From the NCBI GenBank assembly GCA_031384385.1, contig JANNAN010000007.1:10236-74235 (forward strand): 64,000 bases of DNA, written 5' to 3'. This stretch comes from Candidatus Tayloriibacteriota bacterium. Lineage in GTDB: Bacteria > Patescibacteriota > Minisyncoccia > Phycocordibacterales > PALSA-1337. Shown one piece after another: positions 57,078-64,000 of this stretch. Below the pieces are notes generated by a model that did not search any database, was not told the DNA's origin, and was given only the letters and a program-made list of their open reading frames with translations. The position numbers and the translations under genes are program-made. The number at the start of each line of letters is the position of its first letter. Position 1 is the stretch's first letter.

Positions 57078-58122
57078 GAAAAAATTATATAATTATCTAT
57101 CTAATGATATTGGAATAGATTTAGGAACTGCAAATACACTGGTATATCTTCGTGGTCATGGAATTGTTGTGAATGAACCTTCTGTGGTAGCGGTAAATCA
57201 AAAAACTGGAAGAATCGTGGCTGTGGGTGTTGCGGCAAAAGATATGATTGGGAGAACTCCTTCTCATATTATTGCTATTCGCCCTTTAGTTGATGGAGTT
57301 ATTTCTGATTTTGAAGTTACTGAAGAAATGATTTCATATCTTGTAAAAAAGGCTGAACTTTATTCAAAGAAAATGCTAGGGCCACGCGTTGTTGTTGGTG
57401 TTCCTTCTGGTGTTACAAATGTTGAAATTCGTGCCGTTCGTGATGCTACTAAAAATGCTGGCGCTAGAGAAGTTTACATTGTCGAAGAACCAATGGCGGG
57501 TGCAATCGGAATACGACTCCCTGTTCATGATCCAGTTGGAAGTATGATAATTGATATCGGCGGCGGAACGACAGACATTGCTGTTATTTCTCTTGGTGGC
57601 ATTGTACGCTCTAAAAATTTAAAAATTGCTGGTGATAAATTGAATAATGATATAATTTCTTATATTCGAAATGAATTTAAAATTTTAATTGGTGAAAAAA
57701 CAGCTGAATATATAAAAATTTCTGTTGGTGCGGTTGTAGTAGGTGAACCTCTAGAAACTACGATTCGTGGTCGAGATTTGATAACAGGTCTTCCTAGGGA
57801 GGTTGTTATTACTGACTCTGATATTCGTGAATCAATGAATTCATCGATTGATCTTTTGCTTGAGGCTGCAAAAGAAGTATTGGAGATAACTCCGCCAGAA
57901 ATTCTTTCAGATGTAATGAATAGAGGCATTCATCTTGTCGGTGGAGGTGCTTTGATAAAAGGCCTGGACAAGCTTTTGTCTGAAACTTTAAAGATTCCAG
58001 TTTATATTGCCGAAGATCCATTAACAGCAATTGCTCGTGGCACAGGAATTATTTTAGAAGAATTAGATAAATATCAAGATGTTCTAATACAAAATGAAGA
58101 TGAATTACGAGCTCAAAAGTAG
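57064..58122 (+). CDS. mreB: Rod-shape determining protein MreB (copy 2), first gene of mreBCD-mrdA
   Basis: IGIDLGTANTLVY and DIGGGTTD. It is a paralog of the 52253-53266 gene. Confidence 0.9.
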   Translation: MKEFKKKLYNYLSNDIGIDLGTANTLVYLRGHGIVVNEPSVVAVNQKTGRIVAVGVAAKDMIGRTPSHIIAIRPLVDGVISDFEVTEEMISYLVKKAELYSKKMLGPRVVVGVPSGVTNVEIRAVRDATKNAGAREVYIVEEPMAGAIGIRLPVHDPVGSMIIDIGGGTTDIAVISLGGIVRSKNLKIAGDKLNNDIISYIRNEFKILIGEKTAEYIKISVGAVVVGEPLETTIRGRDLITGLPREVVITDSDIRESMNSSIDLLLEAAKEVLEITPPEILSDVMNRGIHLVGGGALIKGLDKLLSETLKIPVYIAEDPLTAIARGTGIILEELDKYQDVLIQNEDELRAQK

Positions 58123-58840
58123 TATAAAAAGAGGTGGCATCGGTCATACAATAAAAATTGTCCTGGGTATTATTTTGGTGCTTATTATTTTGCATTTTAT
58201 TGCACCAAATTTATTACCATCAATTTTTACAACAATTGTAAAACCATTTTGGAGTTTGGGAAATGTAGAAAATCCAGATATAAATTCTTTTTCAATTAAT
58301 GCACAAAATTCTATAATTGCTCAATTAGAAAAAGAAAATATTGCTCTGAAAGAACGATTGGGTAGACCTATTATAAAAAATTCTGTACTTGCATATATTC
58401 TTAAAAAACCACCATTCACTGTCTATGATTCATTTATTTTAGATATTGGAGTAAAACAAGGAATTTCAATAGGTGATAGTGTATATACTTTTGGTGATAT
58501 TCTAATAGGTGAAATATCAGAAATTTTTCCAACTACTTCAAAAGTGAAATTATATTCTTCATACGGTGAAAAATATAATGTTTTGGTAAGTGATAAAAAT
58601 ATTCAAGCAAGTGCTATCGGTCGAGGTGGCGGATCTTTTGAAATTGTAATTCCTAGAGATATTAAGATTTTAGAAGGTGATACTATTACAATTCCTAATA
58701 TTTCAAATACAGTCTTTGGTCTTGTTGGTAAAATAATTACTGAGCCTGCTAGAGCGTTCTCTACTATTATTTTTTCTCAACCCATAAATATCTATGAACA
58801 AAAATGGGTTATTGTTTCTCTTAAAAATTCTAAAATTTAA
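58094..58840 (+). CDS. mreC: Rod-shape determining protein MreC
   Basis: N-terminal TM segment, a coiled-coil (LEKENIALKERL) and a beta-rich C-terminus. Positioned after mreB. Confidence 0.7.
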   Translation: MKMNYELKSSIKRGGIGHTIKIVLGIILVLIILHFIAPNLLPSIFTTIVKPFWSLGNVENPDINSFSINAQNSIIAQLEKENIALKERLGRPIIKNSVLAYILKKPPFTVYDSFILDIGVKQGISIGDSVYTFGDILIGEISEIFPTTSKVKLYSSYGEKYNVLVSDKNIQASAIGRGGGSFEIVIPRDIKILEGDTITIPNISNTVFGLVGKIITEPARAFSTIIFSQPINIYEQKWVIVSLKNSKI

Positions 58841-59115
58841 TGAAGAAAAATATTTTAATTAGAATTATATTAGGTATCATTATGTTTTGTTGCATGATGT
58901 GGGGTTATTGGTGGTTAACATGGTGTCTAGCGATTGTTCTACTTTTTTATTTTCCAATTTATTATGAAATAATAGCGTGGGGTATTTTGTATGATTCATT
59001 ATATGGTATTGCATTACCAGAATTTTGGAATATAAATTATATTTTTACAATATCAAGTATTATTCTATTTTTAATTTCAATATTTCTTAAAAAAAGATTA
59101 ATAATTTATGAATAA
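58840..59115 (+). CDS. mreD: Rod-shape determining protein MreD-like small membrane protein
   Basis: 91-aa polytopic membrane protein in the canonical position. Confidence 0.5.
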   Translation: MKKNILIRIILGIIMFCCMMWGYWWLTWCLAIVLLFYFPIYYEIIAWGILYDSLYGIALPEFWNINYIFTISSIILFLISIFLKKRLIIYE

Positions 59116-60778
59116 AAATTTAAGAAAAAATAGAGAAATTGAACCAGATGAGATTTTTTTAGATTCTCACAATTTACCACAATTCGATGATCAGCAATTT
59201 GAAGGTCGTATGGAAAAACCTATATCAAGACTAAGTCTTGTGTCGGTTATTATTTTTTTTGTAATTATCATTTTAACATTTGGTACTAAAATATGGGCAT
59301 TACAAATAAATAATGGTACAAAATATAATAATATTAGTGAACAAAATAGGCTTCGTCATACACCCATTTTTGCTGCAAGAGGTGTTATTTATGATAAAAA
59401 TGCCGTGGAATTAGCTTGGAATGCTCCCGGTAATGATCCAGATATTTCTTTAAGAAAATATAAAGATTTACCAGGTCTAGCACATGTTATTGGTTATGTT
59501 CAATATCCAACAAAAGATAATGCTGGATTCTATTATCGTGAGGATTTCGAAGGTGTTGACGGCATTGAAAAATATTTCAATTTGAAATTAAAAGGTAAAA
59601 ATGGTTTGAAATTAATTGAAGTTGATGCACATAATCAAATTCAATCAGAAAATACAATTGAACCACCAAAAGAAGGTGATAGTGTTAATCTTTCAATTGA
59701 TTATCGTCTTCAGTCAGAAATGTACAGAGCAATAAAAGATATTGCTGAAAGAGTGGGTTTTGATGGTGGCGCTGGGGTAATGATGGATATTACAACCGGT
59801 GAAATCGTTGCAATGACTAGTTATCCAGAATATAGTTCAGAAATAATGTCATCAAAAACTGATTCTGTAAAAGTAAAATCATTTTTAAAAAATAAGAATA
59901 AACCTTTTTTGGATAGAGTAATTGATGGATTATATACTCCCGGTTCTATTCTAAAAACATATGTAGGACTTGGCGCATTAAATGAAGGTATTGTGACTGA
60001 GTTCACAAGTATTTTAAGTACAGGTTCTATTTCTGTTCAAAATCAATATTATAAAGATATACAAACAGTTTTTAGAGATTGGAAAGCCCATGGATATGTT
60101 GATATTAGACACGCAGTTGCTGTTTCTTCAGATGTTTATTTTTATGAAGTAGGAGGAGGTTATAAAGATCAAAAAGGTCTTGGAATCACTTTATTAGAAA
60201 AATATTTCAAAATGTTTGGTTTTGGTGAAAGAATAGAGAATTCTTTTTTTACAGGTGCTATTGGAACAATTCCTAACCCTGATTGGAAAAAAAAGTATTT
60301 TAATGGAGAATCTTGGAATTTGGGAGATACATATCATACAGCAATTGGGCAATATGGTTTTCAAGTCTCTCCTTTGCAGGCGGTTCGCGCATTAGTTGCT
60401 ATCATAAATAATGGTTTATTGAGAGATCCAAGTATTATAAAAGGTCAAGCTGGTCCAGTACTTAGACAAATAGATATTCCAGTAAAATATTTTAATATAA
60501 TAAAAGAGGGAATGCGTCTTGGTGTTTTAAAAGGAACTGGAACTTCACTAAATGTTCCTTATGTGGAAGTTGCTTCAAAATCTGGAACAGCAGAACTTGG
60601 TGTAGCCAAAGACAATGTTAATTCTTGGATGACTGGATATTTTCCATATAAAAATCCCAAATATGCTTTTGCGGTATTAATGGAAAGAGGTTCTATTCAT
60701 AATCTTATTGGTGCTGGGGCTGTAATGAGAGAAATGCTAGATTGGATGAATGTGAATACACCGGAGTATTTTATGTAA
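59108..60778 (+). CDS. mrdA: Penicillin-binding protein 2 (elongasome transpeptidase)
   Basis: An N-terminal TM and dimerisation domain with a transpeptidase carrying SxxK (GSILK), SxD (SSD) and KSG(T) motifs. Confidence 0.85.
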   Translation: MNKNLRKNREIEPDEIFLDSHNLPQFDDQQFEGRMEKPISRLSLVSVIIFFVIIILTFGTKIWALQINNGTKYNNISEQNRLRHTPIFAARGVIYDKNAVELAWNAPGNDPDISLRKYKDLPGLAHVIGYVQYPTKDNAGFYYREDFEGVDGIEKYFNLKLKGKNGLKLIEVDAHNQIQSENTIEPPKEGDSVNLSIDYRLQSEMYRAIKDIAERVGFDGGAGVMMDITTGEIVAMTSYPEYSSEIMSSKTDSVKVKSFLKNKNKPFLDRVIDGLYTPGSILKTYVGLGALNEGIVTEFTSILSTGSISVQNQYYKDIQTVFRDWKAHGYVDIRHAVAVSSDVYFYEVGGGYKDQKGLGITLLEKYFKMFGFGERIENSFFTGAIGTIPNPDWKKKYFNGESWNLGDTYHTAIGQYGFQVSPLQAVRALVAIINNGLLRDPSIIKGQAGPVLRQIDIPVKYFNIIKEGMRLGVLKGTGTSLNVPYVEVASKSGTAELGVAKDNVNSWMTGYFPYKNPKYAFAVLMERGSIHNLIGAGAVMREMLDWMNVNTPEYFM

Positions 60779-60792
60779 TTCACTACTTATCC

Positions 60793-60821
60793 CCACGAAA
60801 TAAAGAAATGATAAAGATTTT
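60793..60821 (-). promoter_or_regulatory. Copy D of the conserved 27-nt motif, in reverse orientation
   Basis: The reverse complement reads AAAATCTTTATCATTTCTTTATTTCGTGG, one mismatch from copy B. Confidence 0.45.
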
Positions 60822-60894
60822 GTGATTTTATCTATTGCATATATAAAGATATAAATATTATAATTACAACATTAAATATTAATCAAAAACTAAA

Positions 60895-61389
60895 ATGCAA
60901 GAAAAAGAACCACAATATTTTAAAGAATTTAGAGAAAAACTAGATATTAGACTTGAAACCGAAGAGCCAAAGTATTTCAAAGAATTTAGAGAAAAACTAG
61001 ATATTAGACTTGAAACCCAAGAGCCAAAGTATTTTAAGGAGTTTAAAAAAGAAACAAAGGTTGGTGTTGACGCCTTAAGATCAGATATGAAGCAAAGTAC
61101 AAAAAATATGGAAGCTAATCTAGAGCTTTATAGATTAGATATGAAGCAATATACAAAAGATTTAGTAGTCAGTTTCAATGAAAAGATTAGGGGGATAGGA
61201 GATTATGTAAAATCAATTGATGAAAAAGTTACGAGAATAGACAAAAGAGTCGTCGGAATGGATCATAAATTATCATTAATACAACATGATGTATTAAGTA
61301 TTAAGGGTACTTTAGATAATAAGGCAGATGAAAATGATTCGATTAATTTAAAAAGAAGAGTCGTAATTTTGGAATCAAAAATAGCTTAA
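60895..61389 (+). CDS. Coiled-coil protein with internal 19-aa tandem repeats (hypothetical)
   Basis: EPKYFKEFREKLDIRLET x2.5, followed by DMKQxTK repeats. Confidence 0.55.
   Translation: MQEKEPQYFKEFREKLDIRLETEEPKYFKEFREKLDIRLETQEPKYFKEFKKETKVGVDALRSDMKQSTKNMEANLELYRLDMKQYTKDLVVSFNEKIRGIGDYVKSIDEKVTRIDKRVVGMDHKLSLIQHDVLSIKGTLDNKADENDSINLKRRVVILESKIA
60907..61050 (+). repeat. 57-nt tandem repeat x~2.5 inside the coiled-coil gene
   Basis: ...AAAGAATTTAGAGAAAAACTAGATATTAGACTTGAAACC... occurs twice nearly identically, plus a partial third unit. Confidence 0.7.
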
Positions 61390-61576
61390 ATTTGATCTTG
61401 ATTAAGATAACAGCAGATATAGTCTATATCTGCTGTTTTTATTGTGAAAAAGTGGATAACTTTGTTTGCAACGATGTATTAAGTGGTGTAAAATGGTAGA
61501 TAAGTGGGAAGAAGTAGGAAATATATTTTATGATCGACCATAAAAAATATTTAATAAATTCATACCACTTACATAT

Positions 61577-62020
61577 ATGTTAATTGGAGAACACCTACAT
61601 ACGATAGATGATAAAAGTAGAGTTTCTCTTCCTTCGAAATTTCGAAAGGAAATGGGAAGCAATGTTGTCATAGCTCCAGGGATAGATAGCTGTCTTTTCA
61701 TTTTTACACTGAAAGGATGGAAAGAATTCGCTGAGAGATTATCTAAACCAGATTCTTCTTCAGTTTTACAAGCAGATAATCGAAATTTCAACCGTATTAT
61801 TTTTGGTCGAGCAACCGAGGTTGAAGTGGATTCGATTGGTCGCATTCTTATACCAACTCATTTGTGTGAACATGCTGGGATTACAACAAAAGTTGCAATT
61901 ATTGGTGTTCTAAATCGAGTTGAAATATGGGATGAGAAATTGTGGTTATCATATCGTACTACGGTTGAGAAAAAAACTGATGCGTTAGCTGAAAAGCTAG
62001 GTTCAGTTGGAATTCTTTAA
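61577..62020 (+). CDS. mraZ: Transcriptional regulator MraZ
   Basis: Two MraZ repeats (DDKSRVSLP... and DSIGRILIP) at the head of the dcw cluster. Confidence 0.9.
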   Translation: MLIGEHLHTIDDKSRVSLPSKFRKEMGSNVVIAPGIDSCLFIFTLKGWKEFAERLSKPDSSSVLQADNRNFNRIIFGRATEVEVDSIGRILIPTHLCEHAGITTKVAIIGVLNRVEIWDEKLWLSYRTTVEKKTDALAEKLGSVGIL

Positions 62021-62924
62021 TCAGAGTAAATATATGATACATAAAACTGTTCTTTTACATGAATCAATTGATGGTCTAAATATTCATTCAGGTGATATTT
62101 ATTTAGATGGCACTTTGGGAAGTGCTGGTCACGCGGAGGAAGCTCTTAAAAAGGCAAATAATGATTTGATTATTATTGGTCTCGATAGGGATACTGAAGC
62201 TTTGAATAGATCCAAAAATAGATTAGGTGAATCTAAAAATATTTTCTTAATCGAATCTAGTTATGTTGATTTGGATAAAGTCTTATCTGGAATCGGAATA
62301 GAAAAGATAAATCGCTTTATACTTGATCTTGGACTTTCATCAGATCAATTTGAAACATCAGGTAGAGGATTCACTTTTAAAAATGACGAGCCTTTATTGA
62401 TGACATTTAAAAAAGATTTGAATGAAGACGATCTCACAGCCAAGTTTATTGTAAATAATTGGGGTGAAGAAACTTTGGCGGATATTATTTATGGTTACGG
62501 AGAAGAAAAATATTCAAGAAGAATAGCAAAGGCGATAGTAAATTATAGAGAAAAAAAATCAATTGAAACAACGGGCGAATTGGTAGAAATTATTTCACAA
62601 TCTGTACCCGCATTTTATAGAAGAGGTCGTCTGCATCCTGCAACAAGAACATTTCAGGCTTTAAGAATTACAGTAAATGATGAATTGAATTCATTAAAAA
62701 TTGGTCTAGCTAAGGCTTTCGAAAGACTTGAAAAGGGAGGAAGAATGGCAATAATTTCATTTCATAGTTTAGAGGATAGAATAGTTAAAAATTTTAATAA
62801 AGAAAAAGCAGATTCTGAAGAGGCAAAAATAATTACAAAAAGACCGATTGTTCCAACAAAAGAAGAAATTATAAATAATTCAAGATCAAGAAGTGCAAAA
62901 TTAAGAATATTAGAAAAATTATAA
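62007..62924 (+). CDS. rsmH: 16S rRNA (cytosine1402-N4)-methyltransferase
   Basis: VDGTLGSAGHA SAM-binding motif and ISFHSLEDR. Confidence 0.9.
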   Translation: MEFFNQSKYMIHKTVLLHESIDGLNIHSGDIYLDGTLGSAGHAEEALKKANNDLIIIGLDRDTEALNRSKNRLGESKNIFLIESSYVDLDKVLSGIGIEKINRFILDLGLSSDQFETSGRGFTFKNDEPLLMTFKKDLNEDDLTAKFIVNNWGEETLADIIYGYGEEKYSRRIAKAIVNYREKKSIETTGELVEIISQSVPAFYRRGRLHPATRTFQALRITVNDELNSLKIGLAKAFERLEKGGRMAIISFHSLEDRIVKNFNKEKADSEEAKIITKRPIVPTKEEIINNSRSRSAKLRILEKL

Positions 62925-62932
62925 GTAAAAAT

Positions 62933-63262
62933 ATGACAAAAGTAATTGCAGAAAATTTAAACATAGTAAAAAAACATAAAGAAATTATTTTTATAATACT
63001 TGTTATTGGATTAATTGTTTTTTCATTAAATTATGCATATTTTATACATTCTACTATTGTTAATATTGTAGAAAGAGAGCAAATTCTGAAAGACATAAGA
63101 GATAAATCAACAACCGTTAGTATTTTGGAATCAAAGTATTTTAGTGAAAAAAATAAGGTCAATATTCAATTGGCACATGCAAAAGGTTTTCAAGATGCAG
63201 AAGTTTCTTCATATATTTCTAGAAAATCTGTAACAGCATTTATTGTTCATAATGAACTCTAA
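62933..63262 (+). CDS. ftsL: Cell division protein FtsL-like (small single-pass membrane protein)
   Basis: 109 aa with one TM helix and a coiled-coil, between rsmH and the PBP gene. Confidence 0.5.
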   Translation: MTKVIAENLNIVKKHKEIIFIILVIGLIVFSLNYAYFIHSTIVNIVEREQILKDIRDKSTTVSILESKYFSEKNKVNIQLAHAKGFQDAEVSSYISRKSVTAFIVHNEL

Positions 63263-64000
63263 TTCAAACATAAGAATTCGAATAGTACTTTATTGTTTGT
63301 GTACAGTGACACTATTTATAATTGGTAAATTATATTGGCTACAAATAGTTCAGGGAGATAATTATCGCGATAAAGCTGAAAAACAATATTCAAGACCAAT
63401 AGATTCTTCATTAGATCGTGGTTCTATTTTCTTTGAATCAAAAGATCAAATAAAAATTGCAGCAGCTACAATGAAAGAGGGTTATATATTAGCTATAAAT
63501 CCTAAATTAATTAAAGATATTAAAAATACATATGAATCATTAATTACCTATATAAAAATTGATAAAACACTATTTACTGAAAAGGCTATCAAAATTAATG
63601 ATCCGTATGAAGAAATTTCTAAAAAACTAGATAAAAATATTGGTGAATCTATTAAGAGTTTGAAACTTCCCGGTATTGTAATTTCTAAGGAAAATTGGAG
63701 AGTTTATCCAGCAGATACATTGGCGGCTAATACTGTTGGTTTAGTTGGATTTGATGACAATAATAATATTGCAGGAAGATATGGTCTTGAAAGATATTAT
63801 CAAAATATTTTATCAAGAATACAACAAAAAAGTTATAAAAATATTTTTGCTGAAATCTTTTCTGATGGGAAAAAAAAAGTTACTGGATTTGATAATAAAG
63901 AAGGAGATATTGTAACCTTGATTGAACCATCAGTTGAAAATTTTCTTGATAAAACTTTAATTGATACAAAAAATAAATGGAATTCAGATTCAATTGGTGG
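63252..64000 (+). CDS. ftsI: Penicillin-binding protein (FtsI/PBP3-like), N-terminal part. Continues beyond the window.
   Basis: ATG at 63252 in an open frame to the window end. It has an N-terminal TM anchor and a PBP dimerisation-domain-like sequence (GDNYRDKAEKQYSRPIDSSLDRGSIFF). dcw position. Confidence 0.7.
   Translation, partial: MNSNSNIRIRIVLYCLCTVTLFIIGKLYWLQIVQGDNYRDKAEKQYSRPIDSSLDRGSIFFESKDQIKIAAATMKEGYILAINPKLIKDIKNTYESLITYIKIDKTLFTEKAIKINDPYEEISKKLDKNIGESIKSLKLPGIVISKENWRVYPADTLAANTVGLVGFDDNNNIAGRYGLERYYQNILSRIQQKSYKNIFAEIFSDGKKKVTGFDNKEGDIVTLIEPSVENFLDKTLIDTKNKWNSDSIG

Noticed and set aside
61528-61845. 105-aa minus-strand ORF overlapping mraZ
   Set aside because: Antisense to the conserved MraZ.

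Overview
This 64-kb window comes from a low-GC bacterial genome, roughly 30-33% GC by eye. Genes are tightly packed, proteins are often short, and the standard genetic code applies because TGA, TAA and TAG all terminate the long ORFs. The housekeeping backbone is rpoB (5' partial)-rpoC, dnaG-rpoD, hisS, truB, typA, hpf, fmt-def-priA, murA, mreB, holB, frr, rseP, proS, a second mreB with mreC-mreD-mrdA, and mraZ-rsmH-ftsL-ftsI (3' partial). Together with a type IV pilus cluster, this fits a reduced-genome lineage such as the Candidate Phyla Radiation (Patescibacteria); that placement is inference only.

The main accessory feature is a roughly 12.4-kb region (about 33640-46075) of elevated, heterogeneous GC. 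It ends at a large serine recombinase gene whose 3' end overlaps a tRNA-Asn(GTT) on the opposite strand. It carries two arrays of iteron-like repeats, a winged-helix Rep-like gene, a Fic-domain protein divergent from a DnaQ-like exonuclease, and a co-directional four-gene cluster with overlapping start and stop codons. That cluster encodes an MmeI-like Type IIL/IIG restriction-modification fusion protein, an SF2 DExH helicase, a T5orf172 (GIY-YIG-like) domain protein and a hypothetical protein. This four-gene cluster is the best candidate for an undescribed RM-like defence system.

Other points of note:
- The pilus locus encodes pilB, pilC, four prepilin-like genes (one fused to LVIVD beta-propeller repeats) and a D-Ala-D-Ala carboxypeptidase.
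- A conserved 27-nt intergenic motif occurs four times, at an identical 84-nt offset upstream of pilB and of the major pilin gene.
- Two paralogous DinD-like genes are present, one preceded by a perfect 23-bp palindrome.
- A UvrD helicase fused to a Cas4/AddB-like 4-Cys nuclease lies downstream of rpoD.
- Several short GC-rich genes appear horizontally acquired: an atypical adenylate-kinase-like gene, a 125-aa hypothetical, a small membrane protein and a lipoprotein. The last two are driven by near-identical extended -10 promoters.
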